This document shows, piece after piece, positions 1 to 10,043 of a DNA stretch of 64,000 bases. The number at the start of each line of letters is the position of its first letter. Position 1 is the first letter of the stretch. Both the position numbers and the translations under genes were made by a program. The notes under the pieces were generated by a model. That model was not told where the DNA came from, searched no databases, and saw nothing but the letters and a program-made list of their open reading frames with translations. This DNA comes from an uncultured Acidimicrobiaceae bacterium (GTDB lineage: Bacteria > Actinomycetota > Acidimicrobiia > Acidimicrobiales > Palsa-688): NCBI GenBank assembly GCA_963749305.1, contig CAVVMN010000006.1, forward strand, positions 87,975 to 151,974, in the 5' to 3' direction.

Positions 1-52
1 CGGAGCGGCGCCCTCCGTCGCCGTTCCAGCTCAGTGGTACTAGACAGGTGCG

Positions 53-2164
53 GTGCCATTCGGCCGACGACGCGGGGACGCAACCGAGACCGGCTCACAG
101 ATAGGGCCGTCGACCGGGGGCGGCATACCGGGCGGCACGACCCGACAGGAGGAGGCGCCCGACGAGGTGGCAACCCCGTCGGGTGAGGAGAAGGATCCCG
201 GCGTTTCTGAAAGCGGGCACAACGAAGCCCGGGCTTCGGGGGATGCGGGCTCTGGCGGTGGGGACAACCGGGCGCCTGCCGCCGCCGCGGGGACCGCTGC
301 GCTCGTTTTAGGGGCGTTGGGCGTCGTCTACGGCGACATCGGCACCAGCCCGCTGTACGCCGTCCAGACGGTCTTTTCCATCGACGGCGGCCGGATCGGG
401 CCCACCACGGGCGACGTGCTCGGGGTCATCTCGATGGTGGTGTGGTCGCTCACCATCATCGTGGCGGTCAAGTACGTCACCGTCGTCCTGCGGGCCGACA
501 ACAACGGCGAGGGCGGCGTGCTGGCCCTTTCGGCATTGGTGCGCCGCGCCCTTGGGACCCGGGCCCGGGCGGCAGGAGCCATCGCCGTGGTCGGCCTGGT
601 CGGGGCCAGCCTGTTCTACGGCGATTCGGTCATTACGCCCGCCATCTCCGTGCTCTCGGCGGTGCAAGGCCTGGAGCTCCCAGACCCGGGCTTGGCCAGT
701 CTGGTCGTCCCGCTGTCGGCTGTCATCCTCGCTGCCCTGTTCGTGGTCCAGGCCCGGGGCACCCAGCGCATCGGGTCCCTGTTCGGCCCGGTGATGGTGT
801 GCTGGTTCGTGGTCATCGGGGTGGCCGGTGCCCGGGGCATCTCGCTCCACCCAGGGGTGTTAGTTGCGCTGTCTCCCACCTACGCCTTCGCCTTCATAGG
901 CGGTCACCCCGACCTGGCGTTCGTGTCCGTGGGCGCCGTGGTGCTCGCCGTCACCGGCGCCGAGGCCCTCTACGCTGACGTTGGGCACTTCGGCAAGGCC
1001 CCGATCCGACTCGCTTGGTTCGCCCTGGTGTTCCCGGCCTTGACGCTCAATTACCTGGGCCAAGCGGGCCTGTTGTTGCGCGACCAGGCCGACAAGTCCA
1101 ACCCCTTCTTCTTGCTGATGCCGCCATGGGCCCGCCTCCCTTCGGTGGTCCTGGCCACGGCCGCCACCATCATCGCCTCGCAGGCAGTGATCTCGGGCAC
1201 CTACTCGATGACCAAGCAGGCCATACAGCTGGGGTTCCTGCCGCCCATGGAGGTCCGGCACACCTCGCGTCGCCAGGCCGGGCAGATCTATATGCCGGGC
1301 GTCAACTGGGCGCTCTTCGTCGGCGTCCTGGTCCTGGTGCTGACCTTCCGCAGCTCGGCCCGGCTGGCCGGCGCCTACGGGATCGCCGTCACGGGGACCT
1401 TCCTGACCACGACCTGCATGCTGGTCGTCCTGGCCCGGGTGAAGTGGCACTGGCGCACCTGGCAGCTCGTCTTGATGACGGTCGTCTTCGGCGGTCTCGA
1501 ATTGGCGTTCTTCGCCGGCAATATTCCGAAGGTCGTCGATGGCGGATGGGTGCCGCTCGGGATCGCCGCCGCCGTGTTCACGGTCATGACCACCTGGCGC
1601 CACGGACGTCAACGGGTGGTGGCCCGCCTGGTCGAGGCTGAAGGCACGCTGGACGACTTGCTCGCCGACCTCGCCCGGCGCGATGTGCTCCGAGTGCCGG
1701 GCACGGCGGTCTTCCCCCACCCTTCGGACGAAACCGTCCCGCTGGCCCTGCGGGCCAATGTCGAGCGGAACAACATCCTGCACGAGCACGTCGTCATCGT
1801 CTCCGCCGGGGCCAGCCGACAGGCCCATGTGGGCCGCGACGACCAGCTTCGGGCCACCGACATCGGTCCCACCGCCGACGGCCTCGTGCACCTGGACCTG
1901 CACTACGGCTTTTTCGACCGGCCCGATATCCCCACCGCCTTAGTGCACGCCGCCAATCATGAGCCGGCACTCGCCCACGCCGACCTCGACGACGCCACCT
2001 ACTTCCTCTCCCACGCCACCCTGGCCCTGGGACGCAGCCGCGGCATGGCGATGTGGCGCAAGCACCTCTTCTTGTTCCTGGCCCACAATGCTGCCAACCC
2101 TGGCCACAGTTTCGCCCTCCCCGCCAAGCGCACCATCGTCATGGGGACCGAGATCGAGATCTGA
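53..2164 (+). CDS. kup: KUP/HAK/KT-family potassium uptake transporter
   Basis: 703-aa ORF with the GDIGTSPLY signature near the first TM segment, many hydrophobic segments and a soluble C-terminal domain. The Gly/Glu-rich leader suggests the real start lies downstream of 53. Confidence 0.9.
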   Translation: MPFGRRRGDATETGSQIGPSTGGGIPGGTTRQEEAPDEVATPSGEEKDPGVSESGHNEARASGDAGSGGGDNRAPAAAAGTAALVLGALGVVYGDIGTSPLYAVQTVFSIDGGRIGPTTGDVLGVISMVVWSLTIIVAVKYVTVVLRADNNGEGGVLALSALVRRALGTRARAAGAIAVVGLVGASLFYGDSVITPAISVLSAVQGLELPDPGLASLVVPLSAVILAALFVVQARGTQRIGSLFGPVMVCWFVVIGVAGARGISLHPGVLVALSPTYAFAFIGGHPDLAFVSVGAVVLAVTGAEALYADVGHFGKAPIRLAWFALVFPALTLNYLGQAGLLLRDQADKSNPFFLLMPPWARLPSVVLATAATIIASQAVISGTYSMTKQAIQLGFLPPMEVRHTSRRQAGQIYMPGVNWALFVGVLVLVLTFRSSARLAGAYGIAVTGTFLTTTCMLVVLARVKWHWRTWQLVLMTVVFGGLELAFFAGNIPKVVDGGWVPLGIAAAVFTVMTTWRHGRQRVVARLVEAEGTLDDLLADLARRDVLRVPGTAVFPHPSDETVPLALRANVERNNILHEHVVIVSAGASRQAHVGRDDQLRATDIGPTADGLVHLDLHYGFFDRPDIPTALVHAANHEPALAHADLDDATYFLSHATLALGRSRGMAMWRKHLFLFLAHNAANPGHSFALPAKRTIVMGTEIEI

Positions 2165-2293
2165 GCTGCCGTCCAGCGCCGAAACGGCTTCCCACAGAGC
2201 ATGAAGTGACCGGGGTTGGCACCCCGTCAAGGTCAAGTCCGTAAGCCGTGTGCGATGATCTCCACATAACTCCCGCTAGTCAAGGAGCCGATA

Positions 2294-3445
2294 ATGAAAG
2301 TCCTCTGTGTGCTCTATGACGACCCAGTCGATGGCTACCCCAAGCAGTACGCCCGCGACTCGGTCCCTGTGATCAAGTCCTATCCGAGCGGCCAGACGGT
2401 GCCGACCCCGGAGTCAATTGACTTCGTGCCGGGCGAGCTGCTCGGAAGTGTCTCGGGGGAGCTGGGCTTGCGGCGGTTCCTCGAGAGTGCTGGGCACACA
2501 CTCGTCGTCACCTCAGACAAAGACGGGCCGGGCTCGGTTTTCGAGCGAGAACTGCCCGATGCCGACGTGGTCATCTCCCAGCCCTTCTGGCCCGCTTACC
2601 TCACCCCAGAGCGCATAGCCAAGGCCAAGAAATTGAAGCTGGCGATCACCGCCGGCATAGGTTCGGACCACGTCGACCTGGGTGCCGCCGCTCAGGCTGG
2701 TGTCACGGTCGCGGAAGTGACGTACTCCAACAGCATCAGCGTCGCCGAGCACGTCGTCATGATGATCCTGTCCCTCGTCCGGAACTACCTGCCGTCGTAC
2801 GGTTGGGTGCTGAGGGGTGGCTGGAACATCGCCGACTGTGTGGAGCGGTCCTACGACCTCGAGGGCATGGTGGTAGGTACCGTGGCGGCTGGACGGATCG
2901 GCGAAGCCGTGCTCAAGCGGCTCAAGCCTTTCGACGTCAAGCTGCAGTACACGGACCCGCATCGGCTGCCCGTTGAGCGCGAGAACGAGCTCGGGGCTAC
3001 GTACCACTCGACCCCCGCCGAGATGGTCCCTCTGTGTGATGTGGTCACCATCAACGCGCCGCTGTACCCGGGGACCGAGGGCCTCTTCAATGACCAGCTC
3101 ATCTCGACCATGAAGCGCGGTGCGTACATCGTCAACACGGCGCGCGGCAAGATCTGCGACCGGGACGCCATCGTGCGGGCGCTGGAAAGCGGGCAACTTG
3201 CCGGTTACGCTGGTGACGTCTGGTTCCCTCAGCCCGCCCCGGCCGACCATCCCTGGCGGACGATGCCCCACCACGGGATGACCCCTCATATTTCGGGTTC
3301 GTCGTTGTCCGCTCAGGCCCGCTACGCCGCCGGCACGCGGGAGATCCTCGAGTGCTGGCTCGAGGGCCGGCCGATCCGCGAAGAATACCTAATAGTCGAC
3401 GGAGGGAACCTCGCCGGGGCAGGAGCGCACTCCTACAAGCTCTGA
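2294..3445 (+). CDS. fdh: NAD-dependent formate dehydrogenase (D-2-hydroxyacid dehydrogenase family)
   Basis: 383 aa. N-terminus MKVLCVLYDDPVDGYPKQYARD, Rossmann motif GTVAAGRIG and C-terminal PHISGSSLSAQARYAAG are typical of NAD-FDH. AAGGAG-like SD lies upstream. Confidence 0.9.
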   Translation: MKVLCVLYDDPVDGYPKQYARDSVPVIKSYPSGQTVPTPESIDFVPGELLGSVSGELGLRRFLESAGHTLVVTSDKDGPGSVFERELPDADVVISQPFWPAYLTPERIAKAKKLKLAITAGIGSDHVDLGAAAQAGVTVAEVTYSNSISVAEHVVMMILSLVRNYLPSYGWVLRGGWNIADCVERSYDLEGMVVGTVAAGRIGEAVLKRLKPFDVKLQYTDPHRLPVERENELGATYHSTPAEMVPLCDVVTINAPLYPGTEGLFNDQLISTMKRGAYIVNTARGKICDRDAIVRALESGQLAGYAGDVWFPQPAPADHPWRTMPHHGMTPHISGSSLSAQARYAAGTREILECWLEGRPIREEYLIVDGGNLAGAGAHSYKL

Positions 3446-3477
3446 CCACTGTTCCCGTGAGGCGCTAACAGGAAGGG

Positions 3478-5175
3478 TCACGGCACCCGGCTCGCATGGC
3501 TATGGGCTAGCCAGTGCGTCACGGTGACCGGGTGGGCTGGGTCGGTCATTTCGCGTAGCCGGTCCAGGCGGTGCTGGTCGCGCTTCGTCACCCGCTCGTG
3601 CTGCCGTAGATGCTCGTCCCACGACGCCACAACGAACTGCTCGAGCACCCGGGCCCTGTTGGCGGCGTCGCTCCAGGCTCGCCATGACGTAGCCCCGGTG
3701 CGCCGCCGACTGAACCTCGTGTCCTGCAGGGCCGTCATTAGCTCGTCTTCAAGGCCGGGCCGTGCCCAGTACTCGACACTAACCAGGACCGGCCCACCCG
3801 GCGCCTGGTCCGAGGCCAAGTGAGGCGCGGGCCAGTCCCCGCCAGGCAGAAGGTCCTCGGGCGGGAGGGGGTGGAAGCGCCACACCAACGCCAGAAGCGG
3901 GCCGAGGGCTAGCCCGGCGGCCGCGATGGTGAGGGTAGTCGACAACCCCGCACGCGAGGCCGCCACGCCCATAACGGCGCTGCCCACCGCGTTCCCACCC
4001 TGAAAGACCATCAGGTAAAAGGACATCCCCCGGGCCTTGACCCATTGCGGGAGTGACAGCTGGTACAGCGAGCTGAGGGTCGATAGCGCCGTGACCCAGC
4101 ACGCCCCGCCCACCGCCAGGGCGACGGCGGCCGCGGCGGTCGAGTGGGCGTAGGCGAGCAGCAGAGTTACTGCTGCGAGCCCAACGGAGCCAAACGCCAA
4201 CATGCCGTCCGGTGAGAGACGGGCGCGCAGCCTTGGCAGCGAGGCCGCCCCAACCACGGCACCTATACCGACGCTGCCGAGCAATAGCCCGTAACCTCCC
4301 GAACCCAAGTGCAGTACTGACTGCGCCGTCAATGGCAGCAAGGCCCATATGGCACTAGCGAAGAAGATGAACAAGGCGGCCCGGGCCAGGACGACGCGCA
4401 ACACGGGGCTGGCGGCGACGTAACGGCCTCCGGCGCGGACTGCCTCACCCACGTGCTCTCGCGGCAGGGCATCCGGAGGGCGGGTGGAGTGCCAGGCCCA
4501 AATAACCGCGATGACGGCGGCAAAGCTGGCCGCGTTGACCAGGAAAACAGTGCCCGCGCTGGTCACGGCCAGGAGGGCACCACCGATGGCCGGTCCTATG
4601 GCTCGGGCCAGGTTTTGGTTTACCGAGCCGAGCGAGATCGCCTGTTGACGCTCGTCCGGGCTGACCAGCTCGGGCTGCAGTGTCTGCCACGTCGGCGCCG
4701 TCAGCGCTTGCCCGGTCCCGACGGCGAACAGCAACGCCAGCAGGACCCATGGCGTCACCAACCCGGCGATGGCCAGTCCGCCTAGAGCTCCCGCCGCTAA
4801 CAGCATGAAGGTCTGGGCCCCGAGCAGGAAGCGGCGACGGTCGGCTAAGTCACCTATCGTCCCGGCCAATATTGCGAACAGTACGACTGGCAGACCGGCC
4901 GCCGTCTGGACCAGAGCGACGTACGTTGCCGAGGTGGTCAGGCTCAGCATGAGCCACTGGGCCGCCACCGTCTGCATCCAGCTGCCGACATTGCTCACGA
5001 ACTGCGCGCCCCACATGGCGGCGAACAGGCGATGTCGGAACGGAGACCACGCCGACGCCGGAGCAGTGGCCGAGCCGGCGGCGGTGACGGCAGCCGGATG
5101 GTTGGGTCGCCTCACGACCCGGTCCCCGCTCGCGTTGGCCACCAGTCGCCGCGAGCCTGGCCGGCCTGGTGCCAA
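3478..5175 (-). CDS. MFS transporter (EntS/MFS_3-like) with soluble C-terminal extension
   Basis: 565-aa ORF with about 12 hydrophobic segments starting at FRHRLFAAMWGAQFVSNVGSWMQ, then a roughly 110-aa soluble tail. The annotated start overlaps the upstream hydrolase ORF, so the true start is uncertain. Confidence 0.75.
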   Translation of the reverse strand: MAPGRPGSRRLVANASGDRVVRRPNHPAAVTAAGSATAPASAWSPFRHRLFAAMWGAQFVSNVGSWMQTVAAQWLMLSLTTSATYVALVQTAAGLPVVLFAILAGTIGDLADRRRFLLGAQTFMLLAAGALGGLAIAGLVTPWVLLALLFAVGTGQALTAPTWQTLQPELVSPDERQQAISLGSVNQNLARAIGPAIGGALLAVTSAGTVFLVNAASFAAVIAVIWAWHSTRPPDALPREHVGEAVRAGGRYVAASPVLRVVLARAALFIFFASAIWALLPLTAQSVLHLGSGGYGLLLGSVGIGAVVGAASLPRLRARLSPDGMLAFGSVGLAAVTLLLAYAHSTAAAAVALAVGGACWVTALSTLSSLYQLSLPQWVKARGMSFYLMVFQGGNAVGSAVMGVAASRAGLSTTLTIAAAGLALGPLLALVWRFHPLPPEDLLPGGDWPAPHLASDQAPGGPVLVSVEYWARPGLEDELMTALQDTRFSRRRTGATSWRAWSDAANRARVLEQFVVASWDEHLRQHERVTKRDQHRLDRLREMTDPAHPVTVTHWLAHSHASRVP

Positions 5176-5690
5176 AACCCAACCAGATTTCCTTGAGAAC
5201 CCACGGTTCCCCGAACGTTTTCTCCGGTCGCTCGAGGGTCCCGGTCGGCATTTTTTGCCGCTTGTTTTTCCGGCAGGTCACCAGCGAACGATTCCGCGAA
5301 CTTCTCCCGGTCAAGGAACAAGAACCCGTCCTTAGGGGGCAGGATCGGCGGCAGCGGCCCTTCGGTCGGAAGGCCCGATATGAGCGTGTTTACTGACTCC
5401 TCTTTATCGGGCGCGAACGCCGATATGTAGACGAGTGCCGGGACCTTGTCGTGCGTTCCGGCCACGGTGATTACCGCGCCACCATAGGAGTGGCCGACGA
5501 GGACCGCCGGTCCGTCCTGGGCGTCGAGCACGATCTTTGTAGCCGCCGCGTCGCCCTCCAGCGAGATGGTCGGGTTCTGCACGATGGTCACCCTGAAGCC
5601 ATCGGCCTTCAGCAGGTCGTAAACGCCCTGCCAACCAGATCCGTCTACGAAGCCACCGTGCATGAGAACGACATTGCGAATGTTACCCAT
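5112..5690 (-). CDS. alpha/beta hydrolase, C-terminus aberrant or truncated
   Basis: N-terminus VVLMHGGFVDGSGW and nucleophile elbow GHSYGG fit the fold. After ...DLPEKQAA (A6 run near 5265) the sequence stops resembling the fold and runs into the MFS gene. The expected last ~50 aa are missing. Confidence 0.55.
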   Translation of the reverse strand: MGNIRNVVLMHGGFVDGSGWQGVYDLLKADGFRVTIVQNPTISLEGDAAATKIVLDAQDGPAVLVGHSYGGAVITVAGTHDKVPALVYISAFAPDKEESVNTLISGLPTEGPLPPILPPKDGFLFLDREKFAESFAGDLPEKQAAKNADRDPRATGENVRGTVGSQGNLVGFWHQAGQARGDWWPTRAGTGS

Positions 5691-5891
5691 GACAACCTCC
5701 GAGTTCGAACTGTCCTATGCCGAAGCGGTCGCTCCGGTGAGGCCATTGTCAACTGGGGTCTTGGTTTGGCGAGTCCCGCCTAACGCGTAGTCTCCGAGTG
5801 GAGGGAGATAGGACGTTGCACTACGCGCCCCAGTTGGGAGCAGCGCCGGTGTGCCCTCTGCTTACGCGGGCTGCTTCCCAGACGGAGGCCA

Positions 5892-6214
5892 TTGTCCGGT
5901 CGCATGCCCCGTGGCCGAAGGCGAGCCAGGGGAGGAAAAGACTACGCGGGTCTGGCCGTCTGGGCCCCAGACGTACGGATCGAGGTCCACCCTCTGCGCG
6001 TCGCCAAGGACAACCTCACCGCCGTAATGGGCGTGATGAAAGGGACCTTCACCCAGCCGATGCCGGACGGCAAGGGTGGCACCGTGGCGCCCACCGGGAG
6101 GGCGTTCGCGATCAATATGTGTACCGTCAGGATCTGGAACCACCAGGGCAGGATGGACGAGGAGTTCCTGTTCTGGGCAACCAGATCTTCTATCAAGAGA
6201 TCGGTTTAACCTGA
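5892..6214 (+). pseudogene. SnoaL-like / ester-cyclase-like protein, spread over more than one frame
   Basis: WAPDVRIEVHPLRV...GTFTQPMPDGKGGTVAPTGRAFAINMCTVRIWNHQGRMDEEFLFW resembles the C-terminal half of SnoaL-like cyclases. The expected tail (NQIFYQEIGL) and the N-terminal part lie in other frames. Confidence 0.35.
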
Positions 6215-6308
6215 GGCCTCTGGCCGCCTCGAGAGCTCTCCCATAACAAAGTCCAGCCCGCGCTCATGGCGTCTACGGTAAGAAGGGAAAAGAGAGGTCG
6301 AGAGTGTC

Positions 6309-7250
6309 ATGAGGATCGATGTACATGCGCATTACTGGACCGACGACTACCTCGATCGGCTGGTGGAGCTGGGCAAGACCGATACTGACGTGCAGCGTGG
6401 CACGGGTGCTGGAGGCGGCGCAGAGTTGGATGCCCGGCTGCGTCTGATGGAGCGGGCTGGGGTAGAGATGCAGGTGCTCTCCGCATCCCCGCAATTGCCG
6501 TATGGTGAGGACCAGGACAAAACGATGAAGCTAGCTCGGTTCGTCAACGACGAGTACGCCGAGCTGGTCGACCAGCGGCGCGATCGCTTCCGGGCCTTCG
6601 CTGCACTTCCGCTGCCGCACATTGATGCATCCATCAAGGAAATGGGCCGCGCGCTGGACGAGTTGGGAATGGTCGGCGTGGTCATGAACACCACGGTCCT
6701 TGGTCGCGCCTTGGTCCAACCTGATTTCGAGCCCATCTTCGCGGCGCTCAACGAGCGCGGTACGACCCTTTACCTGCACCCAGCGGGCAACAGCGCTTGC
6801 TCACCCCTGATCGGCGACTACCACCTGACCTGGATGGTCGGAGCGCCGGTCGAGGACACCATTTCCATAATGCAGCTAATTACGGCGGGTATCCCCACCC
6901 GCTACCCGAACATCACGATCATCAACTCACACCTTGGCGGTGCGCTGCCGATGTTGCTGCAGCGAGCCGACGACCAATATCGCTGGGAGGCGCCCGAAAC
7001 GCCCGAACCCCCAAGCGTGGCTTCGCGTCGGATGTGGTACGACACCGTCGGCCACGGGCACGTCCCCGCACTCAAGTGTGCCATCGAGTCCTTTGGCGCG
7101 GAACGGCTCGTACTCGGGACCGACTTTCCCTACGAAGCGGGCGACACCTTCGTGCGGGCGGTGGAGTACATCAACGATCCCCACGTCGACGCCAGCGCGG
7201 CCCGGGCTATCCTCGACCAGAACGCCGGCACACTGCTCGGGATCGGGTAG
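6309..7250 (+). CDS. amidohydrolase-2 family protein (ACMSD-like decarboxylase/hydratase)
   Basis: 313 aa. Begins MRIDVHAHYW (metal-binding HxH) and ends with the LVLGTDFPYE motif typical of the amidohydrolase_2 family. Confidence 0.8.
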   Translation: MRIDVHAHYWTDDYLDRLVELGKTDTDVQRGTGAGGGAELDARLRLMERAGVEMQVLSASPQLPYGEDQDKTMKLARFVNDEYAELVDQRRDRFRAFAALPLPHIDASIKEMGRALDELGMVGVVMNTTVLGRALVQPDFEPIFAALNERGTTLYLHPAGNSACSPLIGDYHLTWMVGAPVEDTISIMQLITAGIPTRYPNITIINSHLGGALPMLLQRADDQYRWEAPETPEPPSVASRRMWYDTVGHGHVPALKCAIESFGAERLVLGTDFPYEAGDTFVRAVEYINDPHVDASAARAILDQNAGTLLGIG

Positions 7251-7447
7251 CACGATATAGGCTGTTGCCAATGCACCTCGACCCGGGTTGGAGAGCTTGA
7301 ACCCGGCGTCGGCGTGAGGAGCTCGGGTATGTCCCCGGGCCCCGTGTTTGTCGATCGCCTCCACGAGCGCGGCATTCTTGACAGTATGCTTGGCGCCGCC
7401 GAGAAGGGGACGAGCGGGGCGATCGTTGTGTACGGCGATGCTGACTC

Positions 7448-7858
7448 GTGGACATCGTCACCGTCAAGCATCTGACCCTTTTTGCCATGATCGACCTGGG
7501 TCAAGAGGCGCAGATGGTTGGGGTGGAAGTACCCCAAACAGTGCTGGTGATGTTTGGTGAACCCCGTCTTGCTGCTCAGGTCATGACCGCCGCTCCGCTT
7601 GCCGCGCTCGCCCTACCACTAAAGGTACTCGTGTGGTCGGACGGCGGGCAGACGGTGGTCTCTTATGAATCGCCGCGCTCCTTGGCCAGCCGTCATGACC
7701 TGCAACCAAATCGGGCCACCAAGTTGGACGTTCTGAACTCAGTGACCGACGCTTGGTGGCATCCGTCTGAGGGTACGGTCTTCGTCGTTCTGGTGGTCTT
7801 GGCCACGTTCGCGGTAGAACGGTTGACCGTCCGTATCGTCGGGACAGGCCACCCCTAA
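7448..7858 (+). CDS. DUF302 domain protein, N-terminus uncertain
   Basis: LTLFAMIDLGQEAQMVGVEVPQTVLVMFGEPRLAAQVMTAAPLAALALPLKVLVW...VSYESPRSLASRHDL matches the DUF302 core. A stop lies 2 codons upstream of the GTG start. Confidence 0.55.
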   Translation: MDIVTVKHLTLFAMIDLGQEAQMVGVEVPQTVLVMFGEPRLAAQVMTAAPLAALALPLKVLVWSDGGQTVVSYESPRSLASRHDLQPNRATKLDVLNSVTDAWWHPSEGTVFVVLVVLATFAVERLTVRIVGTGHP

Positions 7859-7910
7859 AAGAGGATGATCCCTGTCACAACCGTCAGAGATGAAAGAGAA
7901 GGAGAAAGCG

Positions 7911-8336
7911 ATGCCTGCCAAGGGATCTGCGGAATGGAAGGGTGATCTCCCCACTGGGTCCGGCACCTTCGTCGCCGGCGGCACCATCAGTGGCGGGTAC
8001 ACCTACAAATCCCGCTTCGAGGACGGCCCCGGCTCCAACCCCGAGCAGTTGATCGCGGCCGCTCACGCAGCTTGCTTTTCCATGGCCCTGTCCAACATGC
8101 TGGCCCAGGCCGGGCACCCGCCGGACTCGGTGAAGACGGACGCCACCGTGACATTGAGACCGGTCGACGGCGCGCCGACGATCACCAAGATCGCCCTTGT
8201 CACGGTGGGACAGGTGCCCGGGCTGGACGAGGCTTCGTTCGTCGAGCACGCCAACGCGGCCAAGGTCGGGTGCCCAGTGAGCAGAGCTCTGGCTGGCGTG
8301 CCCGAGATCACCCTTGAAGCGTCCCTGGTGTCCTAG
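7911..8336 (+). CDS. osmC: OsmC-family peroxiredoxin
   Basis: MPAKGSAEWKGDLPTGSGTF...NPEQLIAAAHAACFSMALS... is typical OsmC. AAGGAG at 7898-7903 supports the ATG at 7911 over the ORF-track start at 7890. Confidence 0.85.
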   Translation: MPAKGSAEWKGDLPTGSGTFVAGGTISGGYTYKSRFEDGPGSNPEQLIAAAHAACFSMALSNMLAQAGHPPDSVKTDATVTLRPVDGAPTITKIALVTVGQVPGLDEASFVEHANAAKVGCPVSRALAGVPEITLEASLVS

Positions 8337-8421
8337 CGCTCCGTCGGGCCGCTGTTCCCTGCCGGGGAGACCCTGTCCCGAGGCCGCATCGGCACGGGAG
8401 CAGGCGAGGATTAGCCATAGT

Positions 8422-9291
8422 CTAGGTTGGTACGTCGGCGGGGAACTGCGGCGGGTACGGTTCGCTGAAATCGGCGGAGCGGCTGACTTCCTGCCATTTT
8501 CGGTCGTCGGCCAGGAGATGCTCGTCGAGACGGACCGAAGCTTCGACAGCGTTCACCCCTAGAGGCAAGTGGTAGGGAATGTCGTGGCGCTTGGCGACCC
8601 GGACGACGATCTCGGCGGCGCGTGCTGGGTCACCCGCCGGGCCGGCTGCACTCTGGCGGACGCGACTGTTCATGACGCCCACCGTGGACTCGTAAGCCTC
8701 GGGTATGGCGTGGACGGTCATCGAGGACCCTGCCCAGTCGGTGCGGAACCCGCTCGGCTCGACGACCATCACCTTCACCCCGAATGGCGCCGTCTCGGCT
8801 TGGAGCACCCGGCTGAAACCGTCGATGGCGAACTTGGCGGCTTGGTACGACCCGATCCCCGGTGAGCCGCCGACACGTCCACCCATCGAGGAGATCTGGA
8901 TGACAATCCCGCCGCCCTGTTCTCGCAGGAAGGGGATGGCAGCCTTGGAAACGTTGTAGACACCCCAGAAGTTCGTCTCGAACTGGGCGCGGAAGTCGCC
9001 ATCGTCGGCGCTCTCGATGGGCGAGACGTTGGCATAGCCGGCGTTGTTGACGATGACATCGAGGCGGCCGAAGCGACGGTGGGCTTCGCTGATGGCGTGC
9101 TGGGCGGCTCGACCGTCGGTGACGTCGAGGGCGATGCTATGCAGGCGCTCCCCGTGGTCGGCAACGAGGTCGTCGAGCTGCGCCGGTTGGCGGGCAGTGG
9201 CCGCCACGCGATCGCCGGCGTCAAGGGCAGCTCGGACGAGGGCACGGCCCAGGCCACGAGAAGAGCCGGTGATGAACCAGATCTGTTCCAT
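8422..9291 (-). CDS. SDR-family oxidoreductase
   Basis: 289 aa with TGSSRGLGRAL (TGxxxGxG), NNAG and YxxxK (YQAAK) motifs. Confidence 0.85.
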   Translation of the reverse strand: MEQIWFITGSSRGLGRALVRAALDAGDRVAATARQPAQLDDLVADHGERLHSIALDVTDGRAAQHAISEAHRRFGRLDVIVNNAGYANVSPIESADDGDFRAQFETNFWGVYNVSKAAIPFLREQGGGIVIQISSMGGRVGGSPGIGSYQAAKFAIDGFSRVLQAETAPFGVKVMVVEPSGFRTDWAGSSMTVHAIPEAYESTVGVMNSRVRQSAAGPAGDPARAAEIVVRVAKRHDIPYHLPLGVNAVEASVRLDEHLLADDRKWQEVSRSADFSEPYPPQFPADVPT

Positions 9292-9321
9292 GTTCTTTAG
9301 TAAAACACGATGGTGGGAGCC

Positions 9322-9588
9322 CTACAGGCCAAGCACCAGGCGCAACGCGGCGTCAACACCGCGAAGGTCTGCCAACGTAAGGTCGCCGAGCACCCGCCCA
9401 ATCTCACGATGCTCCAATACAAGCAGGCGGGCGGTCCTGACGACCGACGGCAACAGGAGGCCAACTGTTCTCCAGTCGTCGATCACAAAGTCACCTGGTT
9501 GAGGGAATTGGAGCCGGGTACTACTGCTCGTGATCATGGCGAACACGACATCGCCGTGGGCGTCGTTGTGGGCCCGAGTGGACACCAC
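9322..9588 (-). CDS. MazF/PemK-like type II toxin; annotated start is probably internal
   Basis: The same frame continues upstream as LDRGRVLLVPFTYSDLQGSKRRPACVV, the typical MazF N-terminus, up to about 9660. I found no ATG/GTG/TTG there. The C-terminal part is MazF-like. Confidence 0.55.
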   Translation of the reverse strand: MVSTRAHNDAHGDVVFAMITSSSTRLQFPQPGDFVIDDWRTVGLLLPSVVRTARLLVLEHREIGRVLGDLTLADLRGVDAALRLVLGL

Positions 9589-9659
9589 ACATGCCGGTCG
9601 ACGTTTCGAACCCTGCAGATCTGAGTATGTGAAAGGAACTAACAGGACTCGTCCGCGGT

Positions 9660-10007
9660 CTAAGGCGGCGATGGCTGTCCCGCCTCGGCGGCTTCGTCAT
9701 AGACGGCGTCCTCAGCGGAGAACCAATCAGCGACGTGGGTAGCCCGGGGTGCCCAGGACGGCCGCGGCCAGCCGAGGACCTCTTCACGTATTTGCCAAAG
9801 TTCCCGCTCGGCCGCTTCGACCTCTGCCTGGGCACTTGCCACCTTGTCGAAGTCTTGGACCGGTACCGGTTTACCTGGTTGCAGCGCGTAGCCAAGGATC
9901 CGCTCATATGCAACGACGGCCTCGCGTAATCGCCGATGAGCATTCTCCAGCTTGGCGCGCTCCTGCTCCGTCAGTTCACTGTCCGACTTGGCCGGTGTAG
10001 CGCTCAC
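9660..10007 (-). CDS. hypothetical protein in the antitoxin position upstream of the MazF-like gene
   Basis: 115 aa, acidic and helical, directly abutting the toxin frame. No family recognised. Confidence 0.4.
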   Translation of the reverse strand: MSATPAKSDSELTEQERAKLENAHRRLREAVVAYERILGYALQPGKPVPVQDFDKVASAQAEVEAAERELWQIREEVLGWPRPSWAPRATHVADWFSAEDAVYDEAAEAGQPSPP

Positions 10008-10043
10008 AGTCCAATGGTAACTGCGTACCTGTACTTCACCTGC

